Shown: in pieces, positions 39,018-49,982 of the stretch
Position numbering within the stretch: the stretch's first letter is position 1
How the letters are laid out: every line of letters starts with the position of its first letter
Origin: Candidatus Obscuribacteraceae bacterium
GTDB lineage: Bacteria; Cyanobacteriota; Vampirovibrionia; Obscuribacterales; Obscuribacteraceae
DNA length: 64,000 bases
Assembly (NCBI GenBank): GCA_044229845.1
Contig: JBGASG010000004.1
Coordinates: forward strand, 288,001-352,000
Reading direction: 5' to 3'
The notes under the pieces: generated by a model
Told to the model about the DNA's origin: nothing
The model's database searches: none
Seen by the model: the letters and a program-made list of their open reading frames with translations, nothing else
Made by a program: the position numbers and the translations under genes

Positions 39018-40451
39018 TTACTGCCTGGATGCCTGCTGGTAGGTGAGTTCCGATTTGAGGAGCAAACTGCCCTGTGTCGCTACCTTTTCACCAGCGGCAA
39101 GACCAGCCGTCACTTCGTAAAACTTCTCAGTGTCACTGCCCAGCGTCAGACTCCTCTCGACGAAACCATCCGGCGTCTGCACATAAACGACTCTTTTGCC
39201 GTCCCGCTCCTGCACTGCCGTCTTTGGAACAGCCAGCAAGAGCTTGGGCTGCCCTTTCAGATCGATTTGAGCGAACATGTTGGTTTTGAACTTGTGCAAT
39301 TTGTTATCGAGACGGGCTCTGATAGCCACCGTGCGCGTTTCAGGGTTGACGTTTTCACTGATGAAGCTGACGTAGCCCTGGAATTTTTCACCGGGATAGC
39401 TGGCTATGGTCACGGTCACCGGCGCGCCCAGCTGCACGCTCTGGACGTCGACTTCTGGAATATCGGCGTTGACTACTACCTCACTGAGATCTGTAATCGT
39501 GAAGGCATGTTTGCCGGGTCCGATGATTTCGCCGGCTGCCACATCGAAGTGCGTGACCACTCCCTGCCCGGTCGACACGAGCGGCACAACACCCATGACC
39601 TCATTTGTATCAAGCACGTTCTGCACCATTGCCGGTGTCATTCCGATAAATTTCAAGCGCTGCTTGAGCGTCGCCATCTGTTGTTTGGCGCGGGCAGTCT
39701 CAGCCTGAGCCAGCTGCAGGTCGCGCTTCAGCATGGCTTTGTTTTTGTACAACGCTTTCTCGCGCTGCAGTTCGGCAGTCGCCTGGCTGAATGCCAACTT
39801 GGCTTTAGCCAGTTCGGCCTGCGCTTCCATGAAATTCTTCTGTGAAGTAATCTTTTCGCGATAAAGTCCTTGCTGGCGGGAAAACTCGGCCTGCGACAGT
39901 TCCAGTTGCACTTTCGTTTCATCGTGGCGCGTTTGAGCCGCAATCAACGAGGGTGGGCGCTGCAAATATTCACTGTAAATCTGTTTCTCGCGCTCTTCGT
40001 GAGCCAACGCAATTACCAATTTTGACTTGGCTTCCAGAAGTTCGGCCTGCAGGTCACTATTTTCCTGGCTGTCCACTGTAGCCAGAACCTGCCCCGCCTT
40101 CACATGCTGACCGAGCACCACGTTTACCTTGACCACGCGACCTGAAAAGCGCGCGGTGACGTCTCTTTCCTTCGTAATCTCGGCGCGAATCTGTCCTGTA
40201 ACGTGCAGATTATTAGACAGCAGGCGCTTTTCTACCGCCTCTGTCTGCAAATCTATACGTTTGGCGAAGTCAGGCGTGATGCGGATCAGGTGCACATCCG
40301 GGGATTTATGCGTGGGCGCGGCTTCCACGGTATCGTTGCCCGCCGGCGACGTGGCAGTTTGAGTCGAGCACCCAGAAAGGGCAAAAAGGCTGATTAGCGC
40401 GGCGCCGAGCCCGGCAACGGCGCAGGTAGCAATAGTAGGAACACTCTTCAT
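39018..40451 (-). CDS. RND periplasmic adaptor (CzcB/CusB-like) lipoprotein
   Basis: LSGC lipobox, GQHVKAGQVL, NPETRTV, LAAGEKVATQG; alternative start 40508. Confidence 0.92.
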   Translation of the reverse strand: MKSVPTIATCAVAGLGAALISLFALSGCSTQTATSPAGNDTVEAAPTHKSPDVHLIRITPDFAKRIDLQTEAVEKRLLSNNLHVTGQIRAEITKERDVTARFSGRVVKVNVVLGQHVKAGQVLATVDSQENSDLQAELLEAKSKLVIALAHEEREKQIYSEYLQRPPSLIAAQTRHDETKVQLELSQAEFSRQQGLYREKITSQKNFMEAQAELAKAKLAFSQATAELQREKALYKNKAMLKRDLQLAQAETARAKQQMATLKQRLKFIGMTPAMVQNVLDTNEVMGVVPLVSTGQGVVTHFDVAAGEIIGPGKHAFTITDLSEVVVNADIPEVDVQSVQLGAPVTVTIASYPGEKFQGYVSFISENVNPETRTVAIRARLDNKLHKFKTNMFAQIDLKGQPKLLLAVPKTAVQERDGKRVVYVQTPDGFVERSLTLGSDTEKFYEVTAGLAAGEKVATQGSLLLKSELTYQQASRQ

Positions 40452-40562
40452 TCTTTCGTGCGAGGATATAACCTCACTAGCGCTTGTTTGCTCAGGATAA
40501 CACCTCAATCTTGGTCGGGCGCAAAAATTCAGACGTTGTTATTACATAGAAGGTCTTCGCAA

Positions 40563-40865
40563 TTGAGAATCGACAAGTGGCTTAAGGTATCTCGCATCAT
40601 CAAACGCCGCACAGTGGCTCAGATGGCGTGCGATCAAAGTCGAGTCTTCCTTAACGATCGCATCGTCAAAGCCGGTGCAACTGTTAAGCAAGGCGACAAG
40701 GTCCACGTCGAGCTGGGAGCCCGCGCCCTCACTGTCGAAGTCTTGGAAGTGCCGCAGAAAGCCCCTTCCATTCAGGAAGCCGCCAATTTGTACAAGAAAC
40801 TCGAAGAGATAAGGCGGCCGCCGGAGAAGTTGGATTGGCTTCCTGACGGGGAAGATTTCGAGTAG
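40563..40865 (+). CDS. S4-domain RNA-binding protein (Hsp15/RqcP-like)
   Basis: RIDKWLKVSRIIKRRTVA..AC, VKQGD; TTG start. Confidence 0.9.
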   Translation: MRIDKWLKVSRIIKRRTVAQMACDQSRVFLNDRIVKAGATVKQGDKVHVELGARALTVEVLEVPQKAPSIQEAANLYKKLEEIRRPPEKLDWLPDGEDFE

Positions 40866-40889
40866 AAGTGACAGCAGTATTGCAGTGAC

Positions 40890-41897
40890 ATGAGGCGGAG
40901 ACCCACTTTGCGCATTCGAGCTATTTCTCTTTCGATTCTGGCGACGATCATTTTGCTGCCGGCAGCAGTCACCGAATCTGGTGGCGCCGACAAAAAAGCG
41001 GCCGCAGGCGCGGCCAAACCCGGAGTTTATTCCATAGGCAGCGAAGGCGCTTCCGGCATTATGGGCTGTAGCGGTGTACCCGCGGCGGTGGTGACCAGAT
41101 CTGGTACGCGGCGCGGATTTTTCATGACGCGCGCCCAGGTCGACGGCATGTGGCGCTCGATGGGACTGGCGCCTGGAGATGTGCTTTTGACTTTGGACAA
41201 TCGCGTCATCTGCAGCGGCAGCGACGCAGACGCGTGCCTGCGTTCCATGAAACCGCACTCGGTCGACCTGCAATTCATGCACAAAACAGGGGATGACGGA
41301 CAGTACTCGCTGAAATCGCACCGCTTTCTCTACAGCGGACCGGGAGCCGCCGCGGTTATGAGCTCGTCCGGTTCGTCCGCATCTTCGTCCGGCACGGTCA
41401 ACTACGGCAACACCAATCTCGGCACCAGCCAGGCTTCCAGTCCGGGCGCCATGAATACAGGCAATTCATCGGTAAGCGAACTGGAAAGCTATATGCTGGG
41501 ACTGGTCAATCAGGACCGGCGCGGCGTCGCGCATGTCAATTCGGTTCCTATGGATTCCAGGCTCAGTGCGGCTGCCCGCGCTTACGCCGAAGACATGCTG
41601 AAGCGCAATTTCTTCTCCCACACTGACCCGAGCGGCAAGGGACCGCAGGAAAGAGCCAAAGACGCCGGTATCAGATGCGGTATCTATGAAAATCTGTCAT
41701 TCCAACAAGGGCGGGGCTGGCGCACCGACAAGCAAATGGTGGCGGCAGCGGAAGCCGAGATGATGAGCGAGCCGCCCGACCAGCACAACCATCGCTACAA
41801 TATCCTGCATCCCAGTCACGTCGCTTGCGGCATTGGTATCGCCCGCGATGGCACGACCGTGACCATGGTCCAGTGGTACACAGACTCGCCGCCTTGA
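40890..41897 (+). CDS. secreted CAP/SCP-domain protein with PDZ-like N-terminal region
   Basis: GLAPGDVLL; LVNQDR, AEDMLKRNFFSH, ENL, HRYNIL, GIGI. Confidence 0.85.
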   Translation: MRRRPTLRIRAISLSILATIILLPAAVTESGGADKKAAAGAAKPGVYSIGSEGASGIMGCSGVPAAVVTRSGTRRGFFMTRAQVDGMWRSMGLAPGDVLLTLDNRVICSGSDADACLRSMKPHSVDLQFMHKTGDDGQYSLKSHRFLYSGPGAAAVMSSSGSSASSSGTVNYGNTNLGTSQASSPGAMNTGNSSVSELESYMLGLVNQDRRGVAHVNSVPMDSRLSAAARAYAEDMLKRNFFSHTDPSGKGPQERAKDAGIRCGIYENLSFQQGRGWRTDKQMVAAAEAEMMSEPPDQHNHRYNILHPSHVACGIGIARDGTTVTMVQWYTDSPP

Positions 41898-41918
41898 CAT
41901 TTTCATTTTAGACATAGG

Positions 41919-41927
41919 TGATAGAAT
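41919..41927 (+). promoter_or_regulatory. possible extended -10 promoter (TGnTAGAAT)
   Basis: TGATAGAAT about 30 nt upstream of the start at 41959. Confidence 0.3.
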
Positions 41928-41958
41928 CACGGCCGTGTCTGGCTGAGGAAAACACCTT

Positions 41959-42641
41959 ATGAACGAAAAGCCCGTGCCCGCTGAAGTTCGAGGCTGGAAC
42001 TGGGGCGCCTTCTTTCTCACCTGGATCTGGGGAATCGGCAACAAAGTTTGGATTTCGCTTTTGTGCCTGCTTCCGCTTGTGAACATAGTGATGATTTTCG
42101 TGCTCGGCATCAAGGGCAACGAGTGGGCCTGGAAGTCCGGCAACTACGCCAACGTGGCGGAGTTTCACAAAGTGCAGAAAATCTGGGGCATAGTCGGCGT
42201 TTCGGTGTTTCTCCTTTGCTTCATCCTGGGCGGAGTCATGGGGCTGGGTATAGTCGGCACCGTATTTACAGTGATTAAAGAGAGCGAGCCCTACAAAATC
42301 GGCTTGCAACGCGCCCAACAATCACCGCAGTTGAAAGAAGCGTTGGGCGAGCCTATTAAAGACAACTGGTGGGTGTCGGGCGAAACAGAAATGAGCAACG
42401 GCGAAGCCGATTGCAAATTGCAGATACCCATTCTGGGTCCGAAGGGCACAGGCACGGTCTACGTCGACGGCGAGAAACACGCCGGGGGAGACTGGCAATT
42501 CAGCCGACTAACTGCGAAGCCCGACAATGGTGGACAGGAAATTGATCTGAACGTCGGCGCCGGCACACCAGCGGTCGCGCCGAAAACCGAGCCAAGCGAC
42601 GACTCGTTGACCGATACTTCCAGCGATACTTCCAGCGACGA

Positions 42642-42645
<4 letters not shown>
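41959..42645 (+). CDS. membrane protein: WNWGAF N-terminal domain plus Coa1-like domain
   Basis: [24 protein letters not shown]...[13 protein letters not shown]. Confidence 0.7.
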
Positions 42646-43720
<1,075 letters not shown>

Positions 43721-43724
<4 letters not shown>

Positions 43725-45634
43725 GCTGTCGTCTCCAGTAACAGGGCATCCACTTTTAGTTTCACTTGTTCCAAGTCGTTTTGCGTTTGAACGGCGGGCA
43801 ACTCGTTTTGTTCGAGATGTTTCAACCTTAATATTCTACTCTGCAAATCCGTAGCTTCCTCTTCCGAGGTTGCTTGTTGCAAACGAATACGGAGCTTGGG
43901 TTTTTCAATATTCAGGCGCTCCAGCAGTATCCTGGCTCGCGCTTCTTTAAGAATAACCTCCAGAGGCGGATTCTGCCTCTGTATCTCCTCGACCTTGTAG
44001 ATGATATCCACCAGGCTGCGCGATACTTCCGGGTCGGCAGCCACACGATCCATCAGCTGCAGCTGGAAGTCCTGTCCACTGACAAATTTTCCGATGCCTT
44101 CGATCTCCTCCTTAATTCGTTGATGGCCGGCATCGATAAATCTGTCTTCCTGGAGAATATCTCGCAAATGCTCGAAGTATTGCTTCGACACGAGATAGAG
44201 AGCCAGGAGTTGGCGTTCTGCCTCTATATACCCGGATTTAGGCATGTTCTGAAGTTTGGCTCGTTTGGCAAGCTCAGCCTGACGTGGGTCTGGAGCAATG
44301 CCGCTGCGCATGCGGCGTCTTTGTTCGCCAACATCGGAAACCAGGTCTTCGTCACGCACACCGAGACGCAACGCCCACGAACGAAGATATTCGCCGCGGG
44401 CAATCGAATTTTGAATCTCAGCCAAAATCGGCACAATCGCCTTGGCCGCATCAATGCGCCCAATGTGTGTGTGCAGCTCGTGTCCTGTGATTGCCCGTTC
44501 TAATCGGTAGTCAATCAGCAACGGAGCCGACTCGATTGCCTGCTTGAACGCCTCCGGACCCTCGTCCTCTGAACGCAGGCACTCATCAGGATCTTTGCTG
44601 CCCGGCACGCGAATGACCCGCAAAGAAACGCCTATGCCCTGAGCAATGCCGTTCAAGGTTTCCATGCCGCGATCGACAGCCTTTTCGCCCGCCGTATCGG
44701 AATCGAAACACAAGTAAACTCGCTTGCTCTCCGTGTAACGAATTAAGAGCTTGGCTTGCGATTCGGTGAGGGCCGTCCCCAGCGTCGCCACCGTTTCAGT
44801 AAACCCATATTGATGAGCTGTGATGGCATCGAAGTAGCCCTCAACAACGATCACTCGATCTCTCTCTTGAATCGCTTCTCGCGCCTGATCAAACGCGTAG
44901 AGCGTCTGCCCTTTGTGATAAACGGGCGTCTCCGGCGAGTTGAGATACTTCACTTGATCGTCGGCCAGCGTCCTGCCACCAAAGGCGATGACCCGTCCGC
45001 GCTCATCGACGATTGGAATAATCAGGCGGTTGCGGAAAAGATCATAGTAGCTTTGCGATTCCGGCTTGCGCCGAGCCAGACCCGCCTCCACCAGCGTGTC
45101 CGGCGCCACTTTGTTGGCTTCGGTCAAATAGCGAAGGAGCCCGTCCCAACTGCCCGGAGCGTATCCAAGCTTAAACTTTTCGATAGTATCGTCAGTGATA
45201 CCACGGCGGCGCAGGTATTCGCGTGCCACTTCGCCCTCGCGCGAATCTTTTAATAGCTTGCCGAAGTAGAGACAGGCTTGTTCGCAGAGCAGCAAAAACA
45301 GTGACCGGCGATCGTTTTCGCGCCGGTCGACTTCCGTCTCCACCAGCGCCACGCCGTATCGCTGCGCCAGCTCACGCACGGCATCGTAGAATTCCAGTCG
45401 TTTGGTTTTGCGGACGAATTGAAAAACGTCACCGCCCTCTCCGCATCCGAAGCACTTGAAGATGCCCTTGTCGGGGTTGACGTGGAAAGACGGCGTCTTT
45501 TCGGCATGAAAAGGACACAGTCCTTTGTATTCCTTTGTACCGGCTCGCTTGAGCGCCACCACATCAGAGATTACTTCCAGCAAGTTGGCTCTTGCTCGAA
45601 CATCAGCAATCACGTCCGGAGTGACGCCTTTCAA
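43721..45634 (-). CDS. dnaG: DNA primase
   Basis: CPFH..CFGC zinc finger, [30 protein letters not shown] plus TTG start. Confidence 0.97.
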
Positions 45635-45952
45635 GCCTGGTGTACCTCCCGGCCGAAATGCCAGAAAAAGAGGGAAAATTCCTGCGCTTTTGGCGCTTGG
45701 AAAGCGCCTTCTGCCAGCTTTCTTTTTTAGCATGTTCCAGCCTGTTGAGTGGGCATTTCAACAGGTAGTCCGACGTTAAATGCTGATTCTTGACAAGATG
45801 GTATTTATTTCTGTTGCCTTATATATACGTTTCGGGATATATTGAGCGCCACTTTCGCCAAAGCGGAACCAAGACAGGCGCCTCTTTCACTCGGCAACCG
45901 GCGCCGCTTACAATTCCGAGACTGCATCCTACGCAATGCGAGGCCTTGCCAC

Positions 45953-47368
45953 ATGAGTGTGCTTATCAAAAACGGAAGAATCGTCACAGCAGTCGATGAC
46001 TACTTTGCCGATATCTACATCGAGAAGGAAGCCGTCACCACCATCGGTCACAAGCTCGATGTGAAAGCCGACAAAGTGCTGGATGCCCAGGGGAAGCTGG
46101 TGCTGCCCGGCGGCATCGACCCACACACTCACATGGACATGCCGTTTGGCGGCACCACCTCTGCCGATGATTTCAAAACCGGCACCCTTGCCGCCGCCCA
46201 TGGTGGCACTACCACAATCATCGATTTCGCCATTCAAACCAAAGGCGACTCGATTTTGAAAGCACTCGACACCTGGCACCAGAAAGCTGACGGCAAATGC
46301 GCCATCGACTACGGCTTCCACATGATCGTCACCGATCTGTCACCCAAAGATCACGTCCCCGAAATGCGCAAGCTGATGTCGGACGAGGGCGTACTTTCGT
46401 TTAAGATGTTCATGGCATACCCGGGCGTGCTGCTTGTCGATGATGCCACCATCTTCCGCGCCATGACCGTCGCCGGTGAACACGGCGGGCTCATCTGTAT
46501 GCACGCCGAAAACGGTGTCGTCATCAATGAAATCGTGGCGCGCGCGCTTGCCGAGGGTAAGACCGCACCTAAGTATCACGCCTTGACGCGCCCGACCAAA
46601 GCCGAGGCTGAAGGCGTCTTTCGCTCCATCGCCCTGGCCGAAATGGCCGGATCGCCCGTCTATATCGTCCACCTTTCCTGCCACGATGCACTCAAGCAAG
46701 TGAAGCTGGCTCGCAATGAGGGCGTGCCGGTGTTTGCCGAAACCTGCCCGCAGTACCTCTTCCTCGACCACAGCTATTACGAAAAGCCCGGCTTCGAAGG
46801 CGCCAAGTACGTAATGACGCCGGCTCTGCGCGAGAAGTGGAATCAAGATGAGCTCTGGACCGGGTTGCGCATGAACGATCTGCAAGTAGTCTCAACCGAC
46901 CACTGCCCCTTCTGTTTCAAAGATCAAAAACAGCTGGGCGTCGATGACTTCAGCAAAATCCCCAACGGCGGTCCTGGCGTAGAAAACCGCATGAGCCTCG
47001 TTTACAACGGGGGCGTCAAAGCCGGTCGCATCTCCCTCAACCGATTTGTGGAGATTACCTCCACGTCAGCAGCCCGCATATTCGGACTCTTCCCGAAAAA
47101 AGGCACCATCGCCGTCGGCTCCGATGCCGATATCGTAATTTTTGATCCAGAAAAGAAAATGACGATATCCGCTAAGACACACCACATGAACGTCGACTAC
47201 AATTGTTATGAGGGCATGGAAGTTACCGGCGTAACCGAAACCGTCCTCAGCCGCGGAAAGGTCGTCATTGAGAACGGCCAGTACGTGGGCAAGCCCGGCG
47301 ACGGCAAGTACCTCAAGCGCAGCAATATTCAACAAGCAATTCGTCCGCTGGCATCCGCCCGCGCGTAA
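45953..47368 (+). CDS. hydA: dihydropyrimidinase / D-hydantoinase
   Basis: PGGIDPHTH, SFKMFMAY, HAENG, STDHCPF, GSDADIV. Confidence 0.93.
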   Translation: MSVLIKNGRIVTAVDDYFADIYIEKEAVTTIGHKLDVKADKVLDAQGKLVLPGGIDPHTHMDMPFGGTTSADDFKTGTLAAAHGGTTTIIDFAIQTKGDSILKALDTWHQKADGKCAIDYGFHMIVTDLSPKDHVPEMRKLMSDEGVLSFKMFMAYPGVLLVDDATIFRAMTVAGEHGGLICMHAENGVVINEIVARALAEGKTAPKYHALTRPTKAEAEGVFRSIALAEMAGSPVYIVHLSCHDALKQVKLARNEGVPVFAETCPQYLFLDHSYYEKPGFEGAKYVMTPALREKWNQDELWTGLRMNDLQVVSTDHCPFCFKDQKQLGVDDFSKIPNGGPGVENRMSLVYNGGVKAGRISLNRFVEITSTSAARIFGLFPKKGTIAVGSDADIVIFDPEKKMTISAKTHHMNVDYNCYEGMEVTGVTETVLSRGKVVIENGQYVGKPGDGKYLKRSNIQQAIRPLASARA

Positions 47369-47387
47369 ACACAGGAGACCCCTACAA

Positions 47388-48302
47388 ATGAGTCAAACCG
47401 CCGAATTCAAAAGAATGATGACGGAGGAACGGAATCCTCGCACCATGGATCTGGACGTTCTGGAAACTCAGGACCTGGTGGAGAGAATTCAGACGGAAGA
47501 TCGGGAGATCGTCAACTGTGTGCAGCAATGCATACCGCAAATCTCGAAGGCGGTCGATGTCGCGGCTGAGCGCCTGCAGCGCGAAGGGCGCATGATTTAT
47601 TTCGGCGCCGGCACCAGCGGTCGTCTGGGCGTGCTGGACGCCAACGAGTGCCCGCCCACCTTCGGCGTCGACTCACATGTTGTACAGGCTTACATCGCCG
47701 GCGGTCGCGAAGCGATGTTTCGCGCCTTTGAAAACGCCGAAGACTCAACCGAGCTGGGCACCGCCGATGCGGCAGCGGCTGAGCTTACCGAACGCGATGT
47801 CGTGGTCGGCATCAGCGCCTCCGGTCGCACACCATATGTGGTGGCAGCCATAAAAGCGGCAAAAGCCGCCGGTTGCGCCACGGTATGCATCGTCAACAAC
47901 CCCAATTCCGAGTTGGAAACCATTTCAGACATCAGCATCGTCGCCCTGGTAGGCCCGGAAGCCATCACCGGTTCGACTCGCATGAAGTCCGGCACCGCTC
48001 AGAAGATGATCCTCAACCTGCTTTCGACCTGCACGATGGTCAAACTCGGCAAGGTCTACGAAAACTTGATGATCGATTTGAAGCCCACCAATGAGAAACT
48101 GCGCGAGCGCGCGCTTTCGATCATTTGCGCGCTCTGCGAAGTGCCGCGTCACGTCGCCGAGGGTTCGCTGGTCGCTTCCAATAACCGCGCCAAAACAGCC
48201 ATCTTGATGATCAAGCGCAAACTGGGCCGCGCGCAAGCCGAGCAGTTGATCGCACGCAGCAGCAACTCGCTGCGCCGTGCTTTGACCGCCGAAATCAACT
48301 AG
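47388..48302 (+). CDS. murQ: N-acetylmuramic acid 6-phosphate etherase
   Basis: TEERNP, GAGTSGRLG.LD..ECPPTFG, GSTRMKSGTAQK. Confidence 0.95.
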   Translation: MSQTAEFKRMMTEERNPRTMDLDVLETQDLVERIQTEDREIVNCVQQCIPQISKAVDVAAERLQREGRMIYFGAGTSGRLGVLDANECPPTFGVDSHVVQAYIAGGREAMFRAFENAEDSTELGTADAAAAELTERDVVVGISASGRTPYVVAAIKAAKAAGCATVCIVNNPNSELETISDISIVALVGPEAITGSTRMKSGTAQKMILNLLSTCTMVKLGKVYENLMIDLKPTNEKLRERALSIICALCEVPRHVAEGSLVASNNRAKTAILMIKRKLGRAQAEQLIARSSNSLRRALTAEIN

Positions 48303-48323
48303 TCAGCGACATCGCACCAAAAC

Positions 48324-48671
48324 TTACTGGGTCTTCTGGACGGGTGCTTTGTGTCCTGTTTTCGCGTGGGGCACCAGTGCCGGATGTTGCCCAGATTTGT
48401 TGTGCCGCACTGCCTGCACATGCACCGCCGCCGCCGGCTCGACGGCAGTCGTGACCCATGGCGGCGCCGGATGGCTGGTTGACTGCCAGAACGCCCAGAC
48501 AACGAAACCCACAAGCACAAGTCCAAAACCGACCAACATGGCGTTGAATTCGAAGTTTCTCCACCAGAGCTCATGGCGCTCGTTGCTTTGCAGGAAATCG
48601 AACCAATCGCCGCCTCGTTCAATCGTCTTGAGCAGGATGACCACAAGTACAATCCAACCAATCCATTCCAT
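48324..48671 (-). CDS. small membrane hypothetical protein
   Basis: Two hydrophobic segments and a polar tail. Confidence 0.45.
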   Translation of the reverse strand: MEWIGWIVLVVILLKTIERGGDWFDFLQSNERHELWWRNFEFNAMLVGFGLVLVGFVVWAFWQSTSHPAPPWVTTAVEPAAAVHVQAVRHNKSGQHPALVPHAKTGHKAPVQKTQ

Positions 48672-49193
48672 CGCTAGTGAACAAACCTTCGTGTGCGGGA
48701 TTTCTGCATCATACCGACAGATCGCTTGACAAGCTCCGCTTTTCAACGTGTCTTAAGCATGCGCTCCTGAATGAGGATGTGTTTCCGGTCCACTCGCGCA
48801 GCTTGGAAGGCTGCGGCAGCTCTCTCAACTTGGCAATCGGTGAGAGCGGCTGCCCATCCCCCACCGGGGCTTAGGCTCATGCGCATTCGCTAGCGCAATT
48901 TGCCCGGGCAGCAGTTTCTTCAGAATTTCTACCACATCGCAAAAGGCGAACTGCGCGCAGGCTCAGGCGTTCCAGCCATGGTGCGCGTCGCCAACTGGTG
49001 GGGTGGCTTTCGGGATAAGCAATCTCAGAGACTAATTGCCTAATCGTAGTCCACGACTTTTCCTCGACTCCCATCACTCAAACCTAACCGCGCACGCCAA
49101 CCCGGAAAAGAATTTCTTCTGCTCACGCAGAGGGTATTGGACTACGAGCGTGCGCCTGCTTTCGCGCGAACTTGCGCAGAGAGGAACCAACAC

Positions 49194-49796
49194 ATGGACA
49201 TGAATCACATGGACCACATGCATCATCATATGCATGACATGGCCTTCACCCTTCCCGAGTGGCTGCTCTACAGCCTGGGCGCCTTCTTCCTCGCCGGCAC
49301 CGTCTTCTACCTCATGCGCCTGATCAACGGTCGCAAGCTGCAGGCGGTGAACGGCTACTTCGACCCCGAGAACGAAGCGTGGCACATGATCTGCCTCGCC
49401 GGCATGGCTGCAATGCTCGCTCCCATCGCGCTGCAGCCGCCCGTTCTGATCTGGCAGATCCTCTTCCTCGTAGGCGCCGGCTGGTACGCCATCCGCGCCC
49501 GCACCTGGGGCAAGACGATCAAGTACAACAAGCAGTGGTACGACTGGGCGCACTGCGGCATGCTTTTCGGCATGTGGTGGATGTTCGCCTCGCCGATCAC
49601 CGGCACCATCCCTATGGTGCTCAACATCGCCTTCTGGACCTGGTTCTCGGGCTACTACGTCTACCAGACGTTGACTGACCTGCGCGCCAAGCCCACCTTC
49701 TGGTCGCTCGGTCAGGACATCGCGCATCTTTCGATGGGCCTCGTCATGATCGGCATGACCGCCTGGCCGCACGCCTGGATGACGATGGCGATGTAG
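49194..49796 (+). CDS. membrane protein with His/Met-rich N-terminus (DUF5134-like)
   Basis: MDMNHMDHMHHHMHDM; repeated H..M...M..M helices; GAGG RBS. Confidence 0.75.
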   Translation: MDMNHMDHMHHHMHDMAFTLPEWLLYSLGAFFLAGTVFYLMRLINGRKLQAVNGYFDPENEAWHMICLAGMAAMLAPIALQPPVLIWQILFLVGAGWYAIRARTWGKTIKYNKQWYDWAHCGMLFGMWWMFASPITGTIPMVLNIAFWTWFSGYYVYQTLTDLRAKPTFWSLGQDIAHLSMGLVMIGMTAWPHAWMTMAM

Positions 49797-49840
49797 TCTT
49801 CCGGATCGCAGTCAAGCGGGCCCTGAAGACAAATTTCATC

Positions 49841-49911
49841 ACAGCGCCACTGCGGCCGGATGCGAAAATGGGCTTTCTCAGCCCGTTTCCATCCGGCGCG
49901 CAGGGCGCTGT
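49841..49911. repeat. long imperfect hairpin upstream of copA
   Basis: ACAGCGCCACTGCGGCCGGATGCGAAAATGGGCT pairs with AGCCCGTTTCCATCCGGCGCGCAGGGCGCTGT. Confidence 0.7.
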
Positions 49912-49982
49912 CGTTGCCTACGAAACGCTCACCGAGGGGAATCACAGGTTCTCCATCTCCATAGACAAGGAGGACATCGAGT

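Noticed and set aside
42612..42638. 12-bp tandem repeat GATACTTCCAGC
   Set aside because: Two copies encoding a DTSS low-complexity tail; trivial.
45790..45843. Sigma-70 promoter from TTGACA in the dnaG/hydA divergent region
   Set aside because: No -10 element at proper spacing from TTGACA; the alternative TTGCCT-18-TATATT is too weak to call.
45953..48302. hydA-murQ as a novel pathway
   Set aside because: Both are ordinary enzymes with no evident functional link; adjacency alone is insufficient.
48850..48875. CsoR-like C/G-tract operator (ATCCCCCACCGGGGCTT)
   Set aside because: Lacks the TAC/GTA flanks, is far from the start codon, and no regulator gene is in the window.
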